Source: Acidimicrobiia bacterium
Lineage (GTDB): Bacteria > Actinomycetota > Acidimicrobiia > IMCC26256 > JBBRZM01
NCBI GenBank assembly: GCA_038236695.1
Contig: JBBRZM010000006.1
Coordinates: 22,167-86,166 of the forward strand
DNA length: 64,000 nt
Reading direction: 5' to 3'
Below are positions 36,558 through 45,518 of this stretch, piece after piece. The translations under genes were made by a program, and so were the position numbers. The first letter of the stretch is position 1. Each line of letters opens with the position of its first letter. Below the pieces are notes generated by a model. The model saw only the letters and a list, made by a program, of their open reading frames with translations, searched no databases and was not told the DNA's origin.

Positions 36558-37589
36558 GTGGCTCGCGTCGGTGTGGTTGGCGCGACCGGTCTGGTCGGCG
36601 GCGAGATGCTGCGAGTCCTTGCGGAGCGCTCGTTTCCGGTCGACGAGCTGCGCGCGTACGCGTCGCCGCGTTCCGAGAGCCGCAAGCTGCCGTTCGTCGA
36701 CGGCGAGGTCGTGTGCCGGGTGCTGCGCGACGGTTGTTTCGACGGCCTCGATCTCGTGATCGTCGACGTCGACGATCCCCTCGCGGCCGAATGGGCGCCG
36801 CGCGCCGCGGCCGCCGGCGCACGTGTGATCGACAACTCAGCGGCGTTCCGCATGGACCACGACGTGCCGCTCGTCGTTGCCGAGGTCAATCCTGATGACC
36901 TCGCCTCACTGCCCAAGGGCATCGCGTCGTGCCCCAACTGCACCACGATGGTGCTCGTCACCGCGCTCGCCCCGTTGCACCGCGCAGCGGGGATCGAGCG
37001 CATGGTTGTGTCCACGTACCAGTCGGTGTCGGGCGCCGGGCAGGTCGGCATGCACGAGCTCGACGAGCAGTGGACGAAGGGTGACGGCCAAGCCGAGCGC
37101 TTCCGGCGCGCCGGCGCGATCGACGGCGCAGTCGCGCCGGGCGAGGTGTGGGACCGCCCGATCGCCGGCAACGTGATCCCCTTCGCCGGGTCGGTACGCG
37201 ACGCCGGCTACACGTCGGAGGAATGGAAGCTCACACACGAGAGCCGCAAGATCCTGCACGCTCCCGATCTCGCCGTGAGCGCGACGTGCGTGCGCGTTCC
37301 GGTGTACGTCGGCCATGCGATGTCCGCCAACGTGAAGCTGCGCGGCGCGTTGTCGCGAAACGAAGCGGTCGCGTTGCTCGAGGCAGCGCCCGGCGTGCAG
37401 CTCATCGATGGTGGCGCGGGATCCCCGACGCCGCTCGAGGCGGCGGGCATCGATCCGGTGCTCGTCGGCAGATTGCGTGAAGACCCGTCGCAGGCAAACA
37501 CCCTCGACCTCTGGGTGACTGGCGACAACCTTCGCAAAGGCGCGGCCCTCAACGCCGTGCAGATGGCCGAGGTCCTGCTGCGCGTGTAG
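36558..37589 (+). CDS. asd: Aspartate-semialdehyde dehydrogenase
   Basis: I start at GTG 36558 (VARVGVVGATGLVGGEM). It has the active-site Cys in ASCPNCTT and STYQSVSGAG. The gene lies 5 nt after ask. Confidence 0.92.
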   Translation: MARVGVVGATGLVGGEMLRVLAERSFPVDELRAYASPRSESRKLPFVDGEVVCRVLRDGCFDGLDLVIVDVDDPLAAEWAPRAAAAGARVIDNSAAFRMDHDVPLVVAEVNPDDLASLPKGIASCPNCTTMVLVTALAPLHRAAGIERMVVSTYQSVSGAGQVGMHELDEQWTKGDGQAERFRRAGAIDGAVAPGEVWDRPIAGNVIPFAGSVRDAGYTSEEWKLTHESRKILHAPDLAVSATCVRVPVYVGHAMSANVKLRGALSRNEAVALLEAAPGVQLIDGGAGSPTPLEAAGIDPVLVGRLREDPSQANTLDLWVTGDNLRKGAALNAVQMAEVLLRV

Positions 37590-37640
37590 CAAGGCTTCTG
37601 AGAGCAACGAGCGTCACTACAACGAGAGTGGTGCGCTCAC

Positions 37641-37718
37641 TGGTCGGGATGCCGGGATTTGAACCCGGGGCCTCAGCGTCCCGAACGCTGCGCGCTAACC
37701 AAACTGCGCCACATCCCG
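37641..37718 (-). tRNA. tRNA-Pro (anticodon CGG), CCA encoded
   Basis: Reverse complement: CGGGATG-TG-GCGC-AGTTTGGTTA-GCGC-G-CAGCG-TTCGGGA-CGCTG-AGGCC-CCGGG-TTCAAAT-CCCGG-CATCCCG-A-CCA. 78 nt. Confidence 0.92.
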
Positions 37719-37774
37719 AAGGGATGGCGAGTGTAGCCCCCACCCCCGATGACGCTCCCTGCCGCGCTCCCTCG

Positions 37775-38155
37775 CTATCCCGCAGCGCGCTCGGCAAGCA
37801 GCGACTTGGCGGAGCGGCGTAGCACGCCGGCATCGACCGGCTTCACCAGCGCGGCGTCCGCGTCGGCGCGCTTGGCGAGGAAGCGATCGGCTTCGCGATC
37901 GAGCAGCAGGAGGATCGGCGCGGCAGGAACACGGCCCGCCGCGGCCTCGAGATGCAGATCGATGGCCACGGCGAAGCCGCCCATGCTGCCGATCTGCAGG
38001 TCGAGGATGACGAGGTCGGGGTGCTCGCGACCCACGGCGTCGCGCACGTCGCGACCGTGCTCGACTTCGATGACCTGCTGACCGGGCGCGACGAACGCGG
38101 TACGGACCTGCTCGCGTATCCAGCGTGCGTCGGAGGCGACCATGATCTTCGTCAT
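37775..38155 (-). CDS. Single-domain response-regulator receiver protein
   Basis: 126-aa ORF with IMVASDA, a candidate phospho-acceptor in DLVILDLQIGSMGG, and the K-P pair in ALVKPVD. It lies 9 nt downstream of the ArsA-like pair. Confidence 0.7.
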   Translation of the reverse strand: MTKIMVASDARWIREQVRTAFVAPGQQVIEVEHGRDVRDAVGREHPDLVILDLQIGSMGGFAVAIDLHLEAAAGRVPAAPILLLLDREADRFLAKRADADAALVKPVDAGVLRRSAKSLLAERAAG

Positions 38156-38164
38156 CGTCGGAGG

Positions 38165-39352
38165 CTAGCTCGCGTCCATCTCGACCAGCGCAGAGGGCGA
38201 CGCGCCGAAGAGCAACCGACCGACGGTCGCGAGCGCCTCGAAATCGTGCACGTCGCGGGGCAGGTACGGCACGTAGCCCACGGCGGCGAAACCGACGCGC
38301 TCCCGCACGCCGGCGAGGTGCCCCAGCTCGCGCTCGGCGACCTCGACGAAGTCGGCGAGGTTGGCGTACAGCCCGTGCAGGCGGGTGGCAGCCGCGTGCA
38401 CTTCCGGATCGTCCGACTCCGCCATTCCCGCCAGGGTCGCAGCCCGCGCCCGCAGGCCCTCGGGTCGCTCGTCACCGAAGCGCGGATGGATGCGATTGAC
38501 CACGAGCGCCGCGACCCCGATGTCGTGCTCGCTCAGCTTGTTCGCGAAGTAGCTCGACTCTTCCACGGCATCACGGCTGGGCGTCGTGACGAGCACGAAC
38601 CCGGTCGAGCGGTCGGCGAGCAGCTCCTGCACACCCTGCGCCCGCGATCGGAAGCCCTCCTCCATGCCCTCGAACGCGCGGAAGAACGCGACGATGTCGT
38701 CGATCACCTCGGAGCCCACGACGCGCGACACCGTTCGCAGGAACGTTTGTATCGCCACGCTCGCGACCCGGAGGTAGGCGCGCGTCGGCATCATGAGGAG
38801 CCGGAAAATTCGGTTGTCGAGCATGCGCGTGAGACGCGCGGGCGCGTCGAGGAACTCGAGCGCATGGCGTGTGGGCGGCGTGTCGACGACGATGAGGTCG
38901 AACGACCCGTCCTCGTGCAGCTCGTGCAGCTTCTCCATGGCCATGTATTCCTGCGTGCCCCCGAGGGCTCCCGAGATGTTGCGGTAGAACCGGTTGGCGA
39001 GGATCCGGTCGGCCTGCTCGTCGGTCGCCGCGTATTTCCGTACGAGCGCGTCGAAGGTCGACTTCGTGTCGAGCATCAGCGCCGAGACGCTGGCCGACTC
39101 GGGCGCGTCGCCGGCGGGATCCCATCGGGCGCGCTCGATCTCATGCGGTGTGTTGGAGAGCTCGGCGAGCCCGAGGGTGTTGGCGAGGCGACGCGCGGGA
39201 TCGATCGTGACCACAACAGCGCGCCGGCCCCGACGCGCGCCTTCGAGCGCGAGCACCGCCGCGGTCGTGGTCTTGCCGACGCCGCCCGTGCCGCAGCACA
39301 CGAGCACATGGCGCTGCTCGACGAGCGCGGAGAACGGGTCGGGTGTGCTCAC
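38165..39352 (-). CDS. ArsA/Get3-like ATPase (Rv3680/BagB-like), signature Lys of deviant Walker A replaced
   Basis: 395-aa ORF whose GTG start overlaps the upstream stop (GTGA). Its P-loop CCGTGGVGKTTTA has T in place of the K of KGGxGK. It also has VVTIDPARRLANTLG and DTPPTRHALEFLD. Confidence 0.75.
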   Translation of the reverse strand: MSTPDPFSALVEQRHVLVCCGTGGVGKTTTAAVLALEGARRGRRAVVVTIDPARRLANTLGLAELSNTPHEIERARWDPAGDAPESASVSALMLDTKSTFDALVRKYAATDEQADRILANRFYRNISGALGGTQEYMAMEKLHELHEDGSFDLIVVDTPPTRHALEFLDAPARLTRMLDNRIFRLLMMPTRAYLRVASVAIQTFLRTVSRVVGSEVIDDIVAFFRAFEGMEEGFRSRAQGVQELLADRSTGFVLVTTPSRDAVEESSYFANKLSEHDIGVAALVVNRIHPRFGDERPEGLRARAATLAGMAESDDPEVHAAATRLHGLYANLADFVEVAERELGHLAGVRERVGFAAVGYVPYLPRDVHDFEALATVGRLLFGASPSALVEMDAS

Positions 39353-40287
39353 AGCGTGCCGATCTCGTGCGCGAGTGCGTCGGCAAGCGTCTCGATCTCG
39401 TGCGTGCCGATGTCAGCAGAGAAGAGGAACGGCAGTCGCAGCTGCGGGAGCGGGAGCTGCTCGCGCAATCGCTCGATCTGGTGGCGTTGCAATTCCTGAC
39501 GCCGAGTGCGGAAACGCGCCGCGGCGACGAGGTCGGTGGCTTCTCGGTCGGAGACGAACACGTCGAGGCGGTCGGCATCCTTGCGGACTTCGTCGAGCGA
39601 TCCGTCGAGCGCGCGGTCGTCGTAGCACCCGTTGACGATGACAGGGCCGAGCCTGACGCCGGCCCGCTCCTCGATGGTGTACGCCGTCTCGACGAGCTCG
39701 TTGACGGGCGTCTCTTCGGGCAGCGTGACCATCAGCACCTGACACCGCGCGGGGTCGGCAAGCAACTCGACCACTTCGGCCGCCTGTTTGCGTACCGGAC
39801 CAACGCGTACGGCGTCGAGCAGCCCGCGCGCCGACAGCAGGAACGTGATCGCGTGGCCCGCGGCCGGCGCGTCGATCAGGATGATGTCGGCAGCGTCGGC
39901 CTGCTCGAGTTGTTTCACTTTGCCGAGCACGAGGATGTCTTTCATGCCGGGCACGGCGGTCGCCACGACGTCGAGCGCGCCCGAGTTGGCGAGTCGCTTC
40001 GAGATGCGCTTGAGGCCGCGGCTGTGCAGGTAGTCGATCAGTGCCTGGTCGGGGGTGAGCGTGCGGGCCCGGATGCCGGGCGCGAGCTCAGCTTCGTCGT
40101 AGGTGAGCGCGGGCGCGCCGAAACCTGAGGCGAGGCCCGATTTGCCTTCGACCTCCACGATCAGCACGCTCGACCCTGCTCGGGCGGCGACGGTGGCCAG
40201 GGCGGAGGTGACGGTGGTCTTTCCGACGCCGCCCTTGCCCGCCACGATCACGACCCGGGAGGTGGAGCAGAAAGATGAGAGCTCCAT
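39349..40287 (-). CDS. ArsA/Get3-like ATPase (Rv3679/BagA-like)
   Basis: 312-aa ORF with the canonical deviant Walker A AGKGGVGKTTV and IDAPAAGHAITFL. Confidence 0.75.
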   Translation of the reverse strand: MELSSFCSTSRVVIVAGKGGVGKTTVTSALATVAARAGSSVLIVEVEGKSGLASGFGAPALTYDEAELAPGIRARTLTPDQALIDYLHSRGLKRISKRLANSGALDVVATAVPGMKDILVLGKVKQLEQADAADIILIDAPAAGHAITFLLSARGLLDAVRVGPVRKQAAEVVELLADPARCQVLMVTLPEETPVNELVETAYTIEERAGVRLGPVIVNGCYDDRALDGSLDEVRKDADRLDVFVSDREATDLVAAARFRTRRQELQRHQIERLREQLPLPQLRLPFLFSADIGTHEIETLADALAHEIGTL

Positions 40288-40300
40288 CGGCCGTCATGCT

Positions 40301-41755
40301 ATGGGAGCTCTGATGTCACGGCCCGTTCGGCGATCGCGCAGCCGGCGCCTCGTCGCTCTCGCTGCAGTGATGGTGGCTGCCGTCATTCTCCTTGCCGACG
40401 TCGCGAGTGCAGCGGCAGGCTCCGGGAAATCCGGAGCAAGTGCAGCGCGGCCCGTCCGCAGCTCCGCGCAACACCCGATCAATGTCGTGCAAGTCGAGGG
40501 TCTCATCGACGCACCGAACGCTTCGCTGATCCATCGCGCGATCCGCGATGCGAACGCGCGCCAGTCGACGGTGCTGGTGTTGCAAATCGACTCGAGCGGC
40601 GGAGTCGACGTCGATGTGCAGTCGATCGTGCGCGACATCACGCGATCGAACGTGCCGATTGTCGCGTGGGTCGGGCCGTCGGGGGCCAAGGCGAAGGGCG
40701 CCGCGACAGTGATCGTCGAGGCGGCACACGTCGCGTCTGTGTCGTCGGGCTCGGGCATCGGGCCGGCGTATCCGGTATTGCTCGATCAGCCGTCGTCTCC
40801 GAACGCCCGCGCGGTCGGCGACCAACTGGCGCATCTCGCGTCGCTGCACGACCGGAGCGCAGCGGGCGCGCGCCGGCTCGTCTCGAAGCGCCTGTCACCT
40901 GACGTCGCGGCTCGTGCCCGCACGACCAACACGGTGCGGCCCACACTCGGAGAGCTCATCGTCGGGCTCGACGGCACCACGGTGAAGACGGCCGCCGGCA
41001 CCGTGAAGCTGTCGACGGCCAAAGTCGTGGGCACGGGCCGCGACCGGCGCCGGCAGCCGAAACAAGAGGCGGTCTTCGGCGGGCTCAGTCTCGACGGCCG
41101 GGTGTTGCACACGCTGATCAGTCCGTCGGTCGCCTACATGTTGTTCGTGTTCGGGCTCGCGTTGATGGTGTTCGAGTTCTACACCGCGGCGATCGGGCTC
41201 GCCGGCCTCACCGGCGCAATCGCGCTGGTCGGCGCGCTCGTCGGGTTTTCGCATCTCCCGGTGCACCAGTGGGCGGCCGCGCTGCTGATGCTCGGGCTCT
41301 TCGGCTTCGCCGTCGACGTGCAAGCCGGCGGGCTCGGCGCGTGGACCATCATCGGCGGCGCCTCGCTGGTCGCCGGATCGCTCACGTTGTACGGGGGCTC
41401 GTCGCGGCTCGACCCTCGCTGGTGGATCATCGTCGTTGTGTGCACCGGCACCGTGCTGTTCATGTTGTGGGGGATGACCGCGATGATCCGGGCCCGGTTC
41501 TCGACGCCCACGATCGGGCGGAGCGCGATCGTGGGCGAGCTGGGAGATGCCGAGGCCGACATCGATCCCGACGGGGTCGTCACGATCCGTGGCGCGCGGT
41601 GGCGCGCCCGCACCAACCGGGCGACGCCGATCAAGGCGGGCGATCGGGTCCGGGTGGTCGAGGTCGTCGGTCTCGTGCTCGAAGTCGAGCCCGAGACTGG
41701 CGGGGCTCGTGACCACCGCGACGGCCGGGGCCGTACCAAGAGCGCGCCGGCCTGA
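40301..41755 (+). CDS. NfeD-family membrane protein (ClpP-like N-domain, 4-5 TM, C-terminal OB-fold)
   Basis: I start at ATG 40301 (MGALMSRPVRRSRSRRLVALAAV, signal-like). It has the ClpP-like segment VLVLQIDSSGGVDVDVQSIVRDITRSNVPIVAWVGPSGAKAKGAATVIV, a hydrophobic core and the C-terminal NfeD OB motif VVTIRGARWRARTN..IKAGDRVRVVEVVGLVLEVEP. Confidence 0.7.
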   Translation: MGALMSRPVRRSRSRRLVALAAVMVAAVILLADVASAAAGSGKSGASAARPVRSSAQHPINVVQVEGLIDAPNASLIHRAIRDANARQSTVLVLQIDSSGGVDVDVQSIVRDITRSNVPIVAWVGPSGAKAKGAATVIVEAAHVASVSSGSGIGPAYPVLLDQPSSPNARAVGDQLAHLASLHDRSAAGARRLVSKRLSPDVAARARTTNTVRPTLGELIVGLDGTTVKTAAGTVKLSTAKVVGTGRDRRRQPKQEAVFGGLSLDGRVLHTLISPSVAYMLFVFGLALMVFEFYTAAIGLAGLTGAIALVGALVGFSHLPVHQWAAALLMLGLFGFAVDVQAGGLGAWTIIGGASLVAGSLTLYGGSSRLDPRWWIIVVVCTGTVLFMLWGMTAMIRARFSTPTIGRSAIVGELGDAEADIDPDGVVTIRGARWRARTNRATPIKAGDRVRVVEVVGLVLEVEPETGGARDHRDGRGRTKSAPA

Positions 41756-41887
41756 CCGACGGCCGCCGCCCGCCGCTCCCGTCGTCCGAAATGGCTTCTT
41801 GTCGGGCGGCGAAGCCCGGTATAGGTTCGCCACGAGTTCAGCCCGGGGGCCGAGACGCGCTGGGGCCCACGGGAACGAGGAGGGTCG

Positions 41888-42181
41888 GTGGTCGTCGGGA
41901 CGCTGGAGCGAACCTGGCAGTTACGAGCGGCGTGCCGAGGGCCGGAGTCGGTGCTGTTCTTCCCGCCGACCTCACCTGAGCGCCGGGACGACCGCGAGGC
42001 GCGCGAGCAACGGGCCAAGGCCATCTGCCGGGAGTGCGCGGTGCGGGTGCCGTGCCTCGAGTACGCCATGAGCATTCGTGAGCCCCATGGCATCTGGGGT
42101 GGCCTCAACGAAGCCGAACGCCGCGCGCTCGTCGCCGTCCAAGAGATCGGCCAGAGTCCGCGCCTCGCTGATCAGACGTAG
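41888..42181 (+). CDS. whiB: WhiB-family [4Fe-4S] transcriptional regulator
   Basis: 97-aa ORF with a GTG start after AGGAGG. It has four Cys (AACRG...CRECAVRVPC), the GIWGG turn and a basic tail. Confidence 0.9.
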   Translation: MVVGTLERTWQLRAACRGPESVLFFPPTSPERRDDREAREQRAKAICRECAVRVPCLEYAMSIREPHGIWGGLNEAERRALVAVQEIGQSPRLADQT

Positions 42182-42188
42182 TCGCCCC

Positions 42189-43985
42189 TCAGCGCGCGAC
42201 GGTTGCCCGTCCCGCGACCCTGCTGTCGCCTTCCCGTCGGGTGACGCCGTCGTCATCGAGACGGCTGAGGATCGCGAGCACGAACTTGCGCGTCGAGCCG
42301 AGCAGATCGCGGGCGTCGGCGACGGTCAGCGTACCGCGATCCCCGAGCGCCGTCTCCACTCGTGCCCGCGCGTCGGCAATTGCACGCGCCGTGAACACAA
42401 TGCCGTCGAGATCGATGAGTACGCCGTCACGGATGAGCGTGCGGACGAGAGCGTCGTCGGCGCCGAGCTCACTCGGATCGAGAGGAGAGAACGGTTGCGC
42501 GTCGAGTGCCGCGACGAGCGCCCGCGCCTCGTCAGAGTCGGCCGTGCGCTGATGTGTCGACAGTCGGACTTCTCCGCGTTCGACCGTCAGGTCATCGAAC
42601 GATTCGAGCGCGAGTCGCATCCGACTGGCGTCGAGGCCGGCTGACGTTGCGAGCGCGGTGACGGCCAGGCCGGGTCCGAGTGGATTCTGCGCGTGATGCT
42701 GTTGCACCAACTCGCGTACTCGATCGTGGAGATCGTCGATCGCGGCGCGGCTGACAATCCACGGACCGAGTTGCCGCGCGTCCCCGTTTGCCAACCATTG
42801 ATGCACGAGGTGCGCAACCTCATCGTCACCGAGTCCGGTGCGGGCGCCCACTTCGGAACCGACGAGCCACGGGTGGCCGGCAAGCAGTCGGGCGGCCGGC
42901 GGGAGTTCGAGCTGCACCGCGGCATTCTTCGCGCGCGCGGCCGGCGAGACCTCGAGCACCGCGGCCCCACCCAGGATCGCGTTGCGGCCCGACTCGCGCA
43001 CGACCAGTCGATCGCCCGGCGCGACGAGCACCGGAACGTCGAATCGGAGCCGGCCGAAGCGGCGGTCCGGGTCGAGGACCCGTAGACGACCCCGATGCTC
43101 GCCTGATCCCACGTGCACGTGCACCGTCGCCCGATCCGGGAACGGGGAGTCACCGAGGGTGTGCAGCGCGAGGTCGGCGACATCGGTCGTCAGCCACTGG
43201 CCGGGCCGCACCACGGCGTCACCCCGCGTCACTTCGTCGTGATCGATGCCCGCGAGGTTCAGCGCGACGCGCGTGCCCGACGCGGCACGTGCGAGTGGGC
43301 GATTGGCCGTCTCGATGCCGCGCACCCGGGCCGCGCGGCGGCGCGACCCGACCTCGACCTCGTCGTCGACGTGCAGCGCGCCACCGGCGAGCGTGCCGGT
43401 CACCACGGTGCCCGCGCCCCGTGCCGCGAACACGCGGTCGACCCACAGCCGCGGCCGATTTCGATCGGCGGGGAGCGGAGCGGCGGCGACCAGCGCGTCG
43501 AGGGCGTGCCGCACGTCGTCGAGGCCGCGGCCCGAACGAGAGTCGCACGTCACGACAGCTGCGTCCGCGAAGCGTGACTGCGCAACGTGCTCGTCGAGCT
43601 CGAGTCGAGCCAGGTCGAGCATCTCGTCGTCGACGAGGTCGGCCTTGGTCAGCACCACGAGAACGCCGCGCGCGTCGAGAAGCTCGAGAATCCGAAGGTG
43701 CTCCTCGGTCTGCGGCATCCATCCCTCGCTCGCCGCGACGACGAGCATCGCGAGCTCGACTGCTCCGACACCGGCGAGCATGTTCTTGATGAACCGAACG
43801 TGACCGGGCACGTCGACGAAGCCGACCTCCTCGCCGGACGGCAACCTCGCAAACGCGAATCCGAGGTCGATCGTGAGCTGGCGCGTCTGCTCCTCGGGGA
43901 ACCGGTCGGGATCGGTGCCGGTGAGCGCGCGCACGAGCGACGATTTCCCGTGGTCGACATGACCGGCGGTGGCAATCGTGCGCAT
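42189..43985 (-). CDS. selB: Selenocysteine-specific translation elongation factor
   Basis: I start at ATG 43985 (MRTIATAGHVDHGKSSLV). It has the G-motifs DVPGH and TKADL and a ~350-aa C-terminal extension consistent with winged-helix repeats. It overlaps selA by 1 nt (TAATG). Confidence 0.85.
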   Translation of the reverse strand: MRTIATAGHVDHGKSSLVRALTGTDPDRFPEEQTRQLTIDLGFAFARLPSGEEVGFVDVPGHVRFIKNMLAGVGAVELAMLVVAASEGWMPQTEEHLRILELLDARGVLVVLTKADLVDDEMLDLARLELDEHVAQSRFADAAVVTCDSRSGRGLDDVRHALDALVAAAPLPADRNRPRLWVDRVFAARGAGTVVTGTLAGGALHVDDEVEVGSRRRAARVRGIETANRPLARAASGTRVALNLAGIDHDEVTRGDAVVRPGQWLTTDVADLALHTLGDSPFPDRATVHVHVGSGEHRGRLRVLDPDRRFGRLRFDVPVLVAPGDRLVVRESGRNAILGGAAVLEVSPAARAKNAAVQLELPPAARLLAGHPWLVGSEVGARTGLGDDEVAHLVHQWLANGDARQLGPWIVSRAAIDDLHDRVRELVQQHHAQNPLGPGLAVTALATSAGLDASRMRLALESFDDLTVERGEVRLSTHQRTADSDEARALVAALDAQPFSPLDPSELGADDALVRTLIRDGVLIDLDGIVFTARAIADARARVETALGDRGTLTVADARDLLGSTRKFVLAILSRLDDDGVTRREGDSRVAGRATVAR

Positions 43986-45355
43986 TACTTCTGATCGCGC
44001 TCGGAAGGTGGCGTAACCGCAGGCGCGCTCGATGTCACGTGGTGGAGCGCGTCGGCCAGAACGTCGTCGTCGTCGGGATGCACGCTGCGCAGGTCGCACA
44101 CGACCGCGTTGTCGATCACCCGGGCGACGATACCGTGGTCGCGCAACGCCGCGAGCGCAGCCGCCGGGCTGCGGGTCTGCATGCCGACGCCGACCGACGG
44201 GATCGTGAGCCCGGGCAGCGAGCCACCACCGGCGGCGGCCTCAGTGTCGAGCACCTTCGCGGCGTCGACACGGGCTGCGATCGCCTCGGCTCTCGCTTCG
44301 AGCTCACGTTGTGGCGTGAGCGCCATCCGCCAAAGCGGGATCGAGGTGGCATCGCCCGACAGATAGGTGAGCGCGACGGATTGGAGGGCGGCCAGCGTCA
44401 TCTTGTCGGCTCGCATCGCGCGCGCCAGCGGGTGTCCGGCGATTGCGGCGATGTGATTCGACCGTCCGACGATGATCCCGGCCTGCGGCCCGCCGAGGAG
44501 CTTGTCGCCCGAGAACGTGACGACACTGTCGGGCGCGTCGTCGACCGCCTGGCGCACGCCCGGTTCGTCGCGCAGCCAGTCGGGACGCGCGGGAAGCCAG
44601 GGTGTCGTCGCATCGAGCAGACCCGAGCCCGCGTCGACCATGACCGGTGGTCCGAGCGTCGCCAGTTGCGCGACCGGCGTGCTTTCGACGAAGCCGACCA
44701 TTCGATAGTTCGACGCGTGCACTTTGAGCACCAGTGCAGTGGCTGAGCTGATCGCGGCCACATAGTCGGCCAGGCGCGTGCGATTGGTGGTGCCCACCTC
44801 GACGAGCCGGCAGCCCGACTCGGCCATGATCTCGGGCACGCGGAAGCCGCCGCCGATCTCCACGAGCTCCCCCCGCGACACCACGACCTCGCGGCCACGC
44901 GCGAGCGCGGCGAGCGAGAGCAGTACCGCGGCGGCGTTGTTGTTGACGACGACTGCGGCCTCCGCACCGCACGCCCGGGCCAGCAGCGTGCCGGCATGCT
45001 CGTGTCGCGACCCACGCTCGCCCGCGTCGAGTCGGTACTCGAGATTGGAGTATCGGGAGCCCACCCGGCCGACGGCGTCGAGCGCATCGTCGCCGAGCGG
45101 GGCGCGGCCGAGGTTGGTGTGCAACAGCACGCCGGTCGCGTTGATCACCGGGCGCAACAGCGCGGTGCGCAATCGACCGGCGCGCACGCGCGCATCTTCG
45201 ACCACTGCCTCGGCGGTGACCTCTTCGCCGGCTTCCACCCTCGTGCGGGCGGCGGCGACGGCATCTCGCGCGCAGGTCGAGAGGAGGTCATGCGGCAATC
45301 CGTCGAGCGACGTGAGTACCTCGCTGACCGCCGGCAGCACTCGTCGCGGGTCCAT
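43985..45355 (-). CDS. selA: L-seryl-tRNA(Sec) selenium transferase
   Basis: I start at ATG 45355 (MDPRRVLPAVSEVL). It has VINATGV.LHTNLGRAPL, NNNAAAVLL, ELVEIGGGFR.PE and the PLP-Lys motif FSGDKLLGGPQAG. Confidence 0.85.
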   Translation of the reverse strand: MDPRRVLPAVSEVLTSLDGLPHDLLSTCARDAVAAARTRVEAGEEVTAEAVVEDARVRAGRLRTALLRPVINATGVLLHTNLGRAPLGDDALDAVGRVGSRYSNLEYRLDAGERGSRHEHAGTLLARACGAEAAVVVNNNAAAVLLSLAALARGREVVVSRGELVEIGGGFRVPEIMAESGCRLVEVGTTNRTRLADYVAAISSATALVLKVHASNYRMVGFVESTPVAQLATLGPPVMVDAGSGLLDATTPWLPARPDWLRDEPGVRQAVDDAPDSVVTFSGDKLLGGPQAGIIVGRSNHIAAIAGHPLARAMRADKMTLAALQSVALTYLSGDATSIPLWRMALTPQRELEARAEAIAARVDAAKVLDTEAAAGGGSLPGLTIPSVGVGMQTRSPAAALAALRDHGIVARVIDNAVVCDLRSVHPDDDDVLADALHHVTSSAPAVTPPSERDQK

Positions 45356-45518
45356 TGCTGCAGCGTAGGACTCGGCAATGACGAAAGGGGCAGCCCGCGG
45401 AGCCACGTAGAATGAGAGTTCGTGCACTGCCGCCCCTCTCTTTCCTTCGTCGCCGGCGCGCCGGGCCCGTTCTCACGCGGAGGTCGGCGCTCGTGACTCG
45501 GCGCGAGGGGAGTGCCTG

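Noticed and set aside
45356-45518. tRNA-Sec (selC) in the selA-MBL divergent spacer.
   Set aside because: Neither strand has a T-arm (GGTTCGA/GTTCAAnTCC-type) or a U-UCA-A anticodon loop. The only TCA-containing candidate loops have the wrong flanking bases.
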